From an uncultured Candidatus Saccharibacteria bacterium (GTDB lineage Bacteria; Patescibacteriota; Minisyncoccia; Minisyncoccales; CAYUYO01), in contig CAYUYO010000001.1 of assembly GCA_964449385.1 (NCBI GenBank), positions 36,720 to 100,719 on the forward strand: 64,000 nt of DNA. The letters run 5' to 3'. A program made the translations under genes and the position numbers. Below, one piece after another: positions 1 to 9,292 of the stretch; within the stretch, counting starts at the first letter, position 1, and every line of letters begins with the position of its first letter. The notes beneath the pieces are model-generated. The model had not been told where the DNA came from. It saw only the letters and a list, made by a program, of their open reading frames with translations, and made no database searches.

Positions 1-769
1 TTGTTTTTTTATCTTTTTCTATTTTTTTAGGTTTCTTTATTTTTTTAAGCTCTGTTGAAATTTTATTTTCTGGAGGAACAAGCGTTTTTTCTAATAAAGA
101 AAAATGTTCAATTAAAATTTCTGAAGCTTGCAAAAATGCAGCCTCTGGTTCAATAGTACCATCGGTTTCAATATCTAAAAATAATCTGTCAAAATCTGTT
201 CTCTCTCCTACTCGCATATTTTCAACTTTATAGCTTACTCTTTTAATTGGAGTAAAAATAGTATCAATAAGTATTGCTCCAATCTCTAATTTTTCTTTTT
301 TTCGGCTTTCTCTTGAAGAATAACCTACACCTTTTTCAATTTGCACCTCTATATCTAACTCAGCTGATTTTGTTGTTAAGGTAGCAATATGAGCATTTTT
401 ATTCATCAGGTCAACTGTGCTAGGAAATTTAAAATCAGAACCTTTAATTTTTTTTATTCCTTTAATTTTTAAACTGGCCTTTTGTGGTCCCTGATTCCCC
501 TCTTCCTCATAGATTTTAAATCTCAATTGTTTTAAATTTTGCATAATTATAATCACATCTTCCAAAACTCCTGGAATTGTAGAAAACTCATGAGAAAATC
601 CTTTAATTTTCATTTGAGTGATAGCTGCTCCTGATAAAGAAGAAATTAAAACTCTTCTTAAAGAGTTTCCAATAGTCACGCCATAACCTGGGTAAAGACC
701 CTCTATCTCGAAACGAGCTTGATCATCTTTTTTCTCAATAATTTTTAACGAATAAGGTAAAGGTATCAT
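1..769 (-). CDS. rpoA: RNA polymerase alpha subunit (runs off window start)
   Basis: Manual translation from ATG at 769: MIPLPYSLKII...EGLYPGYGVTIGNSLRRVLISSLSGAAIT...HEFSTIPGVLEDV...RVGERTDFDRL; follows rpsD. Confidence 0.95.
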   Translation of the reverse strand, partial: MIPLPYSLKIIEKKDDQARFEIEGLYPGYGVTIGNSLRRVLISSLSGAAITQMKIKGFSHEFSTIPGVLEDVIIIMQNLKQLRFKIYEEEGNQGPQKASLKIKGIKKIKGSDFKFPSTVDLMNKNAHIATLTTKSAELDIEVQIEKGVGYSSRESRKKEKLEIGAILIDTIFTPIKRVSYKVENMRVGERTDFDRLFLDIETDGTIEPEAAFLQASEILIEHFSLLEKTLVPPENKISTELKKIKKPKKIEKDKKT

Positions 770-806
770 AGATTTAAATTTTTAATTAAGGCTTCTCTTT
801 GAAGCG

Positions 807-1436
807 TTATTTAGAATAATACTCGAAAATAGAAGAAATTTCAACAGGAGGATTAATAATTTCTAAAGTTGGCTTATCTAAAACTTTTCCTTCTAATTTT
901 TCAATATTTAATTCAAGCCAAGCTGGTGGTTTAGATTTTTTTAAAGTTTGAATAAGACTTTGAAAAACAGGTTTTTTAGCTGAAGTTGGTCTAATCTTAA
1001 TTTTATCTTCTTTTTTAACTAAAAAGCTGGAAATATTAACAACTTTATCATTAACTAAAAAATGACGATGTGAAATTAGCTGTCGGGCTTGAAGTCTTGA
1101 AATAGCAAAACCCAATTGAAAAACTACATTATCCAAGCGACTTTCCAACGTTCTAATCAATAAAGTACCGGCATTTTCTACTTTTCCTCTTTTTGCTAAA
1201 ATTTCTTTAACATATTTCTGAAACTGTTTTTCTCTTAAACCATACCAGTTTCTTAGTTTTTGTTTTTCCTTTAACTCTTTAGCGTATTCAGAAAAAACAC
1301 TCCTGCTTTTTCTTTTCCTTAAACCGGGCGGATAAGCTTTTTTTATCATCGGGCATTTTGGTGATAAGCATTTATCACCTTTTAGAAATAATTTCACTCC
1401 TGCCCTTCTACATATTTTACATTTAGCGTTTTTCAT
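807..1436 (-). CDS. rpsD: 30S ribosomal protein S4 (zinc-type)
   Basis: CKICRR..LFLKGDKC, LESRLDNVV, ARQLISHRH. Confidence 0.97.
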   Translation of the reverse strand: MKNAKCKICRRAGVKLFLKGDKCLSPKCPMIKKAYPPGLRKRKSRSVFSEYAKELKEKQKLRNWYGLREKQFQKYVKEILAKRGKVENAGTLLIRTLESRLDNVVFQLGFAISRLQARQLISHRHFLVNDKVVNISSFLVKKEDKIKIRPTSAKKPVFQSLIQTLKKSKPPAWLELNIEKLEGKVLDKPTLEIINPPVEISSIFEYYSK

Positions 1437-1449
1437 TTTTAATTATTTG

Positions 1450-1899
1450 TTACACTCTTCTTCTTTTTGGAGGACGACATCCGTTATGCGGAATCGGGGT
1501 AATATCAGTTATTGAACTAATTTCCAAGTCTCTAGCTATCATTGACCTGATCGCCGATTCCCGACCCGAACCAACTCCTTTAACAAAAATATCTATTTTT
1601 TCAATACCTAATTTGTTAATCGCTTGACTCATTGCTTCGGCTACTTTTGAAGCAGCAAAAGGGGTAGATTTTTTTGTTCCTTTAAATCCAATAGAACCAG
1701 CACTCATCCAATGAAGAACATCACCTTGAGAATTAGTTAGCGTAATAATCGTATTATTATAGGAAGAAAAAATATAAACTCTTCCCTCTTTAATTTTTTG
1801 AGGGCCACTTTTAATCTCTTTTTTCACCTTTGAATCTACCTTTTCCCTTTCTTTGAGGAGTTCATCCTCAGTTTGAATAGCAATTCTTTTTTTACCCAT
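1450..1899 (-). CDS. rpsK: 30S ribosomal protein S11
   Basis: SSYNNTIIT, KKSTPFAA, PIPHNGCRPPKRRRV. Confidence 0.97.
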   Translation of the reverse strand: MGKKRIAIQTEDELLKEREKVDSKVKKEIKSGPQKIKEGRVYIFSSYNNTIITLTNSQGDVLHWMSAGSIGFKGTKKSTPFAASKVAEAMSQAINKLGIEKIDIFVKGVGSGRESAIRSMIARDLEISSITDITPIPHNGCRPPKRRRV

Positions 1900-1915
1900 T
1901 GAAAATATTGAATTA

Positions 1916-2305
1916 TTATGTTGGAGTTGCTGCCGGTTTTCTTCCAGAACTCACTGTTCTTCTGACATTTCCCCGAATAGTCCTATTATTAGTTTTCGTT
2001 CTCTGGCCCCTAACCGGAAGTCTTTTTTGGTGCCGTATTCCACGAAAAGAACCAATATCCTTTAACCTTTTTATTGATGTAATTATTTCTCTTCTAAGGT
2101 CTCCTTCAATTTTATAATTTTTCTCAATAATTTCTTTAAGTCTTTGAATTTCAATTGAATCTAACTGAGAAGCTTTTCGCTCGGATTTAATATTAGCTTC
2201 AACTAAAATTTTCTTACTTAAAGAAAGACCTATTCCATAAATATAAGTTAAAGCTATTTCTATTTGTTTGTTTTCTGGGATATTAATCCCTGCAATTCTT
2301 GGCAT
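1916..2305 (-). CDS. rpsM: 30S ribosomal protein S13
   Basis: MPRIAGINIP, IYGIG, LPVRGQRTKTN. Confidence 0.97.
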   Translation of the reverse strand: MPRIAGINIPENKQIEIALTYIYGIGLSLSKKILVEANIKSERKASQLDSIEIQRLKEIIEKNYKIEGDLRREIITSIKRLKDIGSFRGIRHQKRLPVRGQRTKTNNRTIRGNVRRTVSSGRKPAATPT

Positions 2306-2307
2306 AA

Positions 2308-2421
2308 TTATCCTTGTCTTTGTTTATGTTTTGGATTTTTACAAATAACATAAACTCGTCCTTTTCTACGGACGATTTTACAATCTTTACAAATTTTTTT
2401 AACCGACGATTGAACTTTCAT
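2308..2421 (-). CDS. rpmJ: 50S ribosomal protein L36 (not in ORF track)
   Basis: Manual translation [37 protein letters not shown]. Confidence 0.95.
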   Translation of the reverse strand: MKVQSSVKKICKDCKIVRRKGRVYVICKNPKHKQRQG

Positions 2422-2431
2422 TTAGTAAATT

Positions 2432-2659
2432 TTATTTACCTCTGTAAACAATTCTTCCTCGTTTATTATCATAAGGACTTGTTTCTATTGTTACTCTATC
2501 GCCGGGTAAAACTTTAATTCTATGTATTCTTAATTTACCGGCAAGATGACAAAGTATCTCTTCATTACTATCATCCAATTTTACTCGAAAATTGGTGCTT
2601 GGTAAAGCTTCTAAAACTATTCCTTCTTTTCGAATAATATTTTTTTTATCAGAATCCAT
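2432..2659 (-). CDS. infA: Translation initiation factor IF-1
   Basis: EALPSTNFRVKL, HLAGKLR, GDRVTIE.SPYD..RGRIVYR. Confidence 0.97.
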   Translation of the reverse strand: MDSDKKNIIRKEGIVLEALPSTNFRVKLDDSNEEILCHLAGKLRIHRIKVLPGDRVTIETSPYDNKRGRIVYRGK

Positions 2660-2700
2660 TAACAGTTCCCTAATTATTTAAAATAGCAAAATTCTTTAAT

Positions 2701-3957
2701 TTAGTCAAGATTTAGTTTAAGTTTAATTTTTTCAGTATTTTCGGGAATTCTATTAACCCAAAATGGCGAAAATCTAACTAGAGCTTTAGTAATCTGGGGT
2801 AAGTTTTCTAAGAAAATTTGCGTTTCAGTTAATGATTTTTTTCTTAAAGCTTTTTTTAATTCATCCTGATCAATGGCCGAATAAATTTTAGCTTCCATAT
2901 TTAATGAAAGAGAAATTTTCCCTGTTTCCAAATCAATAGTTTTTAAATCATAATTTAATTTCAAACTTTCTTGATAAAGTTCTTCCTCCTTAGAGATTTG
3001 AGAAATTATATATTCTTTAGCAAAGGTTTCAATGTCTTCTGTTTTAAATACCAAAGCAGTTGATTTAGCTTTTACTTGAAAATTAAATTTTTCTAATTCA
3101 TCTTCGGCTTGAGCTGAAGAAAATTTATCTAAAATTTTTGAATCCAAAATTCCTTTTAATAAAATAAAATCTGAAGGAATTTTTTCTTTCAGGGCAATTT
3201 CGTTTTGCTCAAGAGCTCTTTTTTCTAATGTTTCTTGGGCTTGATCTAAATCTTCTTGTGTAACTTTAGAAACTTCCTCTTTAAAACCTCCTGTCATATT
3301 CTGAAAAGACTCACCATAAAATTTGGTATATCTGGCTGTTCCGGCAAATCCAGGAATAGAAAAACTAGAAGCACCTATGTTATATTCCGGACCTGGCTGG
3401 TCAGCTTTTACCGCAATATCAGAATAACCAGGAACTAATTTTCCGCCTTCATAATGTTCACCTGGAATAACAACTTTAACAGGAGTTCTAAATAATTTTC
3501 CATCAGCTGAAACAAAACGGGTTCTGGCTATTAAAATTTGAGAATTAGAAGAATAAACATTATAAACTCGGATTATTCCTTCAGCTTTGTTTTCTTTTAA
3601 GGCCTTACCTGAAGATGAAATTTCTTCGGTAACAGTTTTCTCAATTTCGAAAATCTCTCCAGGAATATTTTTATTTGAAACATCTAATTGATTTATTTCT
3701 TTACTAATAGTAATTTCCGTTTTAAAAGTAGAAACCCTTTTTACCGGCCAAATTTCCACCTCTGCTTTAGATAAAGTGAAATAACAGGAAAGAAAAACTA
3801 AAACTAAAATTAATACAATAAAAACTAAATTCCTCTTTTTTTTAGAAAAACAAGTGATATTTTTATGTTTTTCTGATATTTTTTTCTTCTCTTTTTTAAA
3901 AAGAGGGCCTTTTTTTACTTTTTCTGGCGGTAAAATATCAAATATTTTTTTGGACAT
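2701..3957 (-). CDS. Membrane-anchored conserved CPR protein (baseplate J-like beta domain family, function unknown)
   Basis: Basic N-terminus, one TM helix, KAEGIIRVYN..TRF..ADQPGPEYNI..FSIPG..GG pattern. Confidence 0.55.
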   Translation of the reverse strand: MSKKIFDILPPEKVKKGPLFKKEKKKISEKHKNITCFSKKKRNLVFIVLILVLVFLSCYFTLSKAEVEIWPVKRVSTFKTEITISKEINQLDVSNKNIPGEIFEIEKTVTEEISSSGKALKENKAEGIIRVYNVYSSNSQILIARTRFVSADGKLFRTPVKVVIPGEHYEGGKLVPGYSDIAVKADQPGPEYNIGASSFSIPGFAGTARYTKFYGESFQNMTGGFKEEVSKVTQEDLDQAQETLEKRALEQNEIALKEKIPSDFILLKGILDSKILDKFSSAQAEDELEKFNFQVKAKSTALVFKTEDIETFAKEYIISQISKEEELYQESLKLNYDLKTIDLETGKISLSLNMEAKIYSAIDQDELKKALRKKSLTETQIFLENLPQITKALVRFSPFWVNRIPENTEKIKLKLNLD

Positions 3958-3961
3958 GTTT

Positions 3962-5629
3962 TTATCTTAACAAAATAGCTTTAATTCTCCTAATGCCTGC
4001 TCCCGAGGATTCTTCTTTAATAATCTTGAATTTACCTAATTCTGAAGTTCTTCTTACATGAGGTCCAGCACAAATTTCTTTAGAAAAATTACCAATTAGA
4101 TAAACGCTCACTTCTTCGGGATATTTTTCTTTAAAGAAGGCCAAAGCTCCTTTTTTAACTGCTTCTTCGTATTTCATTTCCTCTCTTTTTACTTCTAAAT
4201 CTTCTTTAATTTTCTGATTGACAATTTCTTCAACTTTCTTTAACTGCTCATCACTCATTTTTTGAAAATAAGAAAAGTCAAATCGAAGTCTTTCAGAAGT
4301 AATATCTGAACCCATTTGTTTTACTTTATCTCCTAAAACTTTTCTTAAAGCAGCGTGTAATAAATGAGTTGCAGTATGAAGTTTTGGTGAAAATTTTCCA
4401 CCTCCGCCAAACTTTTTTTCCTTTCCAGCTCGAGAAATTTCCTGATGTTTTTTCTGAGCCTCAAAAAAAGCTTTTTTATCAATCTTTAATCCTTTTTCTT
4501 TAGCAATCTCCTCAATAAGTTCTAAAGGAAATCCATAGCTTTGATAAAGGTCAAACGCCTCATTTCCTTTAATTTCATATTTGAGAGTTTTAGTAATCTT
4601 TCTTATTTTTTTCTCTCCTTTCTCTAAAGTTTTTTCAAATTTTTCCTCTTCGTTTTGAATTATAATTAAAATATCCGCTTCTTTTGATTTGATTTGAGGA
4701 TAAGTATCCTGGTAAATCTCAATAACTTTTTTAGCCATGGGAATTAAAAAATCCGAATCTAATTTTAAGATCCTGCCATAACGAATAGCCCTCCTTAAAA
4801 TCCTTCTTAAAATATAGCCTCTTTCAATATTTGAAGGTAAAATTCCTTCCGAAGCCAAAAAAACTGCCCCTCTAATATGATCAGCGACGATTCTCTTAGC
4901 TTTTTCATTATTGCTCGAGATTTCTTTTATTATAGGTGTAAACAAATCGCTTTCATATACTGAAGATTTTTTCTGACAAATCATAAGTAACCTTTCAAAT
5001 CCCATACCAGTGTCTACTCCTTTTTGTTTCAGCAAACTTAGTTTTCCATTTTCATCTTGATAATATTCATTAAAAACTAAATTCCAAATTTCAGTGTCGC
5101 CAAAATGTATTTCAGTTGTTGGTCCGCAAGGGCCTTCTTTTCCAGTTGGTCCCCAAAAATTATCCTCTTTTCCAAATCTTTTTATTATTTTTTCAGAAAC
5201 ACCCATTTTTTTCCAAATTAAAAAAGATTCTTTATCAAAAGGAACTTCTTTATTTCCCTTAAAAACAGTGAAAAAAACATTTTTTAAGGGTAATTTCAGT
5301 TCCTGGAAAAGAAAGTCATAAGCTAGTTTCATAGCTTCTTCTTTAAAATAATCGTTAAAACTAAAATTTCCCAGCATTTCTAAAAAGGTTAAGTGATTTT
5401 TATCTCCTACTTCTTCAATATCCGAAGTTCTGAAGCATTTCTGACAGGAAACAACTTTGTTTCCATACGGAGATTTCTTATCTAAAAAATATTCTTTAAA
5501 TTGTTGCATTCCAGCTGTTGTAAATAAGCAAGTAGGGTCAGCTGGAATCAACGAAGCAGAGGATACAACTTTATGTCCTCTTTTTTCAAAAAAATCCAAA
5601 AATTTTTTTCTTAATTCTTTTGAAGTCAT
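3962..5629 (-). CDS. alaS: Alanine--tRNA ligase, short form
   Basis: LFTTAGMQQFK, EMLGNFSF, DTGMGFERL, HTATHLL, EICAGPHV; ends at GIRRIKA (no C-Ala domain). Confidence 0.95.
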   Translation of the reverse strand: MTSKELRKKFLDFFEKRGHKVVSSASLIPADPTCLFTTAGMQQFKEYFLDKKSPYGNKVVSCQKCFRTSDIEEVGDKNHLTFLEMLGNFSFNDYFKEEAMKLAYDFLFQELKLPLKNVFFTVFKGNKEVPFDKESFLIWKKMGVSEKIIKRFGKEDNFWGPTGKEGPCGPTTEIHFGDTEIWNLVFNEYYQDENGKLSLLKQKGVDTGMGFERLLMICQKKSSVYESDLFTPIIKEISSNNEKAKRIVADHIRGAVFLASEGILPSNIERGYILRRILRRAIRYGRILKLDSDFLIPMAKKVIEIYQDTYPQIKSKEADILIIIQNEEEKFEKTLEKGEKKIRKITKTLKYEIKGNEAFDLYQSYGFPLELIEEIAKEKGLKIDKKAFFEAQKKHQEISRAGKEKKFGGGGKFSPKLHTATHLLHAALRKVLGDKVKQMGSDITSERLRFDFSYFQKMSDEQLKKVEEIVNQKIKEDLEVKREEMKYEEAVKKGALAFFKEKYPEEVSVYLIGNFSKEICAGPHVRRTSELGKFKIIKEESSGAGIRRIKAILLR

Positions 5630-5677
5630 ATGTTTTATCTATTTTATCAAAAATAGATAACTTCGCCAAATAAAAAA

Positions 5678-6712
5678 TTATTTTATTATTCCCCCACCTA
5701 AAATTTCTTTACCTTTGTAAAAAACCACTGATTGACCAGGAGTGATTGCTCGCTGAGGTATAGTAAAAATTATCCGATAACAGTTTTGCGTTTTGACGGA
5801 CGAAGAGATGATAGCTGAATCAGCTGGATGTAAATATCTAATTTTAGCTTTAATTTTTAAAGGCATTTTAGGCTTTTTCCCTGAAATCCAGTTTACTTTT
5901 TCAGCTATCAATTCTTTTTTATATAAATCTTTTTCATTATCTGTCACAATTAAAGCATTTTTTTTGAAATCTAATTTTAAAACATAATAAGGATTAAGAC
6001 CGGCTATTCTTATTTCTTTTCTCTGGCCAATGGTATATAAAAACAAACCTTGATGCTCGCCAATTTTCTTTCCGGATATATCAAGAATTGGTCCTGGTTT
6101 TAATTTTAAATATTTTTTTAAAAAATCCTGATATTTACCTTTAAGGAAACAAATATCTTTTGATTCCGGCCTTATTAAACTAGCTATGCCAATATCTTTG
6201 GCTATTTTTCTAATTTCTACTTTCGTAAAATTACCGATAGGAAATAAAATTTTTTTGAGTTGGCTTTGTTTTAAATTATATAAAAAATAAGTTTGGTCTT
6301 TTTCTTTATCTTTAGCTTTTAACAACTTATTATTTTTAGTTTGAGCATAGTGACCAGTAGCAATATAATCGGCGTCTAATTCCATTGCCTTTTTTAGAAA
6401 AATTCCAAATTTTATTTCCTGATTACATTTAATACAAGGATTCGGTGTTTTTCCTTTTTTATATTCTCTTAAAAAATAATCTATCACATCTTTTTCAAAC
6501 TCTTTTTTAAAATCTAAAGTTAAAAAGGAAATTTTTAGAAATTTAGCAATTTCTTTTGCTTTTCTTTCGGCTTTCCTAAATTCAGAGGAGTCATAAAGTT
6601 TCATAAAAACTCCCGTAACATCAAAATCAGCCCTTTTTAACAGGGCTGCTACTACTGAACTATCTACTCCTCCAGACATTGCTATAATCGCCTTTATATT
6701 CGATCTAGGCAT
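5678..6712 (-). CDS. mnmA: tRNA 2-thiouridine(34) synthase
   Basis: AMSGGVDSSV, TPNPCIKCN, ATGHYA, KDQTYFL, TPGQSVVFY. Confidence 0.96.
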   Translation of the reverse strand: MPRSNIKAIIAMSGGVDSSVVAALLKRADFDVTGVFMKLYDSSEFRKAERKAKEIAKFLKISFLTLDFKKEFEKDVIDYFLREYKKGKTPNPCIKCNQEIKFGIFLKKAMELDADYIATGHYAQTKNNKLLKAKDKEKDQTYFLYNLKQSQLKKILFPIGNFTKVEIRKIAKDIGIASLIRPESKDICFLKGKYQDFLKKYLKLKPGPILDISGKKIGEHQGLFLYTIGQRKEIRIAGLNPYYVLKLDFKKNALIVTDNEKDLYKKELIAEKVNWISGKKPKMPLKIKAKIRYLHPADSAIISSSVKTQNCYRIIFTIPQRAITPGQSVVFYKGKEILGGGIIK

Positions 6713-7211
6713 ATCTATCAGCTACGTTTGAGGCTGCAAATGATTCCGGTTTAATCCTCGGCTCAAAACCATTTCCTCGAATTAGCCCAATTACTTCTTT
6801 TATCATATCTCTGGTAAGCCCATTTTCTCCAACATCAGCGTGAATATAACGAAATTGATAATTAAAAGAATGAGTTTTTATTTTTTGTTCTACGTTTTCT
6901 CTTAAAAACAAAGCTAATTTGCAAGACAATAAAACTTCTTCTAAAATTCTTTCTTTCCAATTATAAAATTTACGATTTTTATATTTAATTTTTTTAATAA
7001 AAAATCTTCCCCCTTCTCCTTTTCTCAAAACTACTACTACTACTGGAAAATTGGGCTCTTCGCCCGAAGACGAATCGCAACCAACAATAATATCATAAAA
7101 CTTTTCAGGATTATCTTTCATATAACTCAAAATTTCATCAATTACTTGATTTAGTTTTAAATTTCCACGAGTTGGATTGTAAAAATGGCCATTTAAAAAA
7201 TATTCTACCAT
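6705..7211 (-). CDS. RNase H-like YkuK/DUF458 family protein
   Basis: IIVGCDS, RILEEVLLS, IHADVGENG.T, KPESFAAS.VAD. Confidence 0.8.
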   Translation of the reverse strand: MVEYFLNGHFYNPTRGNLKLNQVIDEILSYMKDNPEKFYDIIVGCDSSSGEEPNFPVVVVVLRKGEGGRFFIKKIKYKNRKFYNWKERILEEVLLSCKLALFLRENVEQKIKTHSFNYQFRYIHADVGENGLTRDMIKEVIGLIRGNGFEPRIKPESFAASNVADRYA

Positions 7212-7216
7212 AAATA

Positions 7217-7861
7217 TTAGTTACTAATACTCTCAACTATTTTAATAAACTCCTTAGCGTTTAAGGAAGCTTTACCGATTAAAACTCCTTGAAATCCAGC
7301 TTCTTTAATAAAACCTTTAACATTTTGAGAATTAACACTCCCTCCATACAATAAAATGTTTTTCTTAAGAATTTTTCTAATTGCTGAATTCATTTTCCTT
7401 GCTACTGAAATCCCACAAGCTTTACCACTACCAATTGCCCAAACCGGCTCATAGGCTAAAATTATTTTTCCTAATTTTTCTTTTGAAATTCCATTTATAT
7501 CTCTTTTAATTTGAGAAATTTTTTCAATACACAAAATTGGTCTTAAATTTACTTCTAGAACAGCTTTCAATTTTTTATTAATCATCTCTTCTGTTTCTCC
7601 TTGATATTTTCTCCTTTCCGAATGACCAATAAGCACATATTTACAACCAAAATCTTTAAGCTGTTTTGGAGAAACTTCACCAGTAAAAGCTCCTTGATTC
7701 TCCCAAAAACAATCTTGAGCACCAGAAGTCCTCAAAGCTGACAAATAAACAAAAGGTGGACAAATAATTGCTTTGGTTTTTTTAATCTCATTAAAAAGCT
7801 GCTTAGCTTTAGCTAAGCTTATAGGATTCATTTTCCAGTTAGCTACAATAAAAGGTTTCAT
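7217..7861 (-). CDS. tpiA: Triosephosphate isomerase
   Basis: ANWKMN, GAFTGEVS, GHSERR, AYEPVWAIG, YGGSV. Confidence 0.96.
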   Translation of the reverse strand: MKPFIVANWKMNPISLAKAKQLFNEIKKTKAIICPPFVYLSALRTSGAQDCFWENQGAFTGEVSPKQLKDFGCKYVLIGHSERRKYQGETEEMINKKLKAVLEVNLRPILCIEKISQIKRDINGISKEKLGKIILAYEPVWAIGSGKACGISVARKMNSAIRKILKKNILLYGGSVNSQNVKGFIKEAGFQGVLIGKASLNAKEFIKIVESISN

Positions 7862-7869
7862 CTAAATTA

Positions 7870-8616
7870 TTATACCACAGTTAAAACTTTGACGCCGTTT
7901 TTAGTTACAGCCATCATATGTTCAAAATGAGCCGATAAAGAACCATCTTCTGTTTCATAGCTATAGCCATCTTTACTTTTTTTTATCTTCCAATTTCCTG
8001 CTGTCAACATTGGTTCTATACAAAATACCATGCCTTCTTTTATTTTTAATCCTGAATGTTTTTTCCCATAATTTAAAATTTGAGGATCTTCGTGTAGGTT
8101 TCTACCAATTCCGTGACCGCATAATTCTCTAACTACATTAAATCCTTGCGATTCTGCGTATTCTTGAATAGCATTTCCTATATCACCAAAAGTATTTCCA
8201 GGTCTTACTTTTTTAATTCCTTTTTTAAGCGCTTCTTTAGTTGATTGAATTAATTTTTCAGCTTGAGAAGAAATTTTCCCTACTGGTATAGTAACAGCCA
8301 TATCAGTATGAAAACCCTTCCATAAAAGTCCGCAATCCAAAGTAATAATATCTCCTTCCTTGAGAATCCTTTTTGAAGGCACTGAATGAACAATTTCTTC
8401 ATTTATTGAAGTACAAAGAGCTGCCGGATATCCATCCTGACCTTTGAAATTCGGTTTTCCTCCACAGTTAAAAATTAGGGCTTCAATAGCCCTATCTAAT
8501 TCTTTGGTTTTAATACCCGGTTTAATCTTTTTCTCTAAAACTTTTACAATTTTAGATAAGAGCTTTCCTCCTTCGGCCATTATTTGAATTTCTTCCGGAG
8601 TTTTAATTAAAATCAT
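7870..8616 (-). CDS. map: Methionine aminopeptidase type I
   Basis: SINEEIVH, GHGIGRNLHEDP, IEPM, SAHFEH. Confidence 0.96.
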   Translation of the reverse strand: MILIKTPEEIQIMAEGGKLLSKIVKVLEKKIKPGIKTKELDRAIEALIFNCGGKPNFKGQDGYPAALCTSINEEIVHSVPSKRILKEGDIITLDCGLLWKGFHTDMAVTIPVGKISSQAEKLIQSTKEALKKGIKKVRPGNTFGDIGNAIQEYAESQGFNVVRELCGHGIGRNLHEDPQILNYGKKHSGLKIKEGMVFCIEPMLTAGNWKIKKSKDGYSYETEDGSLSAHFEHMMAVTKNGVKVLTVV

Positions 8617-8629
8617 TGACTATATAAAT

Positions 8630-9292
8630 TTAGTTGATGTTTTTTAAAATATCTTGAAAAACATCTTCTATACTCTGTTCCCCGTTAATTTTAACTAATT
8701 TACCTTGCTTTCGATAATGATTTATTACTGGTATAACTTCTTTTTTGAATTCTGCCAAGCGTTTTTTAATAGCAAAAAGTTTATCATCGGCTCTGATAAT
8801 AAGTTCTCCGCCGCATTTATCACATTTCTTAAGTTTTTTGAATTCTCCAATCCAGGGAATAATTCTGCCACATTTTTTACATTGTCTTCTTTTGGTCAGG
8901 CGATTAAAAGATTCTCTTTCAGAAATACTAATAAAAACAACTTTTATATTCTTTTGCCATTCATACCACTCTAAAGCTTCATCAAGAAGTTTAGCTTCTT
9001 CTGTTTTTCTCGGGCTACCGTCACTAAGTAAGCCATTTATTTTTTTTTCCTGTTTAAATTTCTCCAATTTATCCATCCAAAGTTTAGAAATTACAAAACT
9101 GGGAACAAGTTTTCCCTCTCTCATAATTTTAATAAGTTTCTTTGAAGTAAAATCCCCTATTTTTTGCCGCTGTCTAAGACTATCGCCGCTGCCAAAATAT
9201 TCCAAACCAAGATTTTTACAAAGTATTTTTGCCTGTGTTCCTTTTCCTGATCCTGCCGATCCCAATAAAATAATTACTCTAAAAGGTTTCAT
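8630..9292 (-). CDS. adk: Adenylate kinase
   Basis: GSAGSGKGTQA, DGSPR, Zn LID CKKC..CDKCGG, RADD; follows secY. Confidence 0.93.
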   Translation of the reverse strand: MKPFRVIILLGSAGSGKGTQAKILCKNLGLEYFGSGDSLRQRQKIGDFTSKKLIKIMREGKLVPSFVISKLWMDKLEKFKQEKKINGLLSDGSPRKTEEAKLLDEALEWYEWQKNIKVVFISISERESFNRLTKRRQCKKCGRIIPWIGEFKKLKKCDKCGGELIIRADDKLFAIKKRLAEFKKEVIPVINHYRKQGKLVKINGEQSIEDVFQDILKNIN

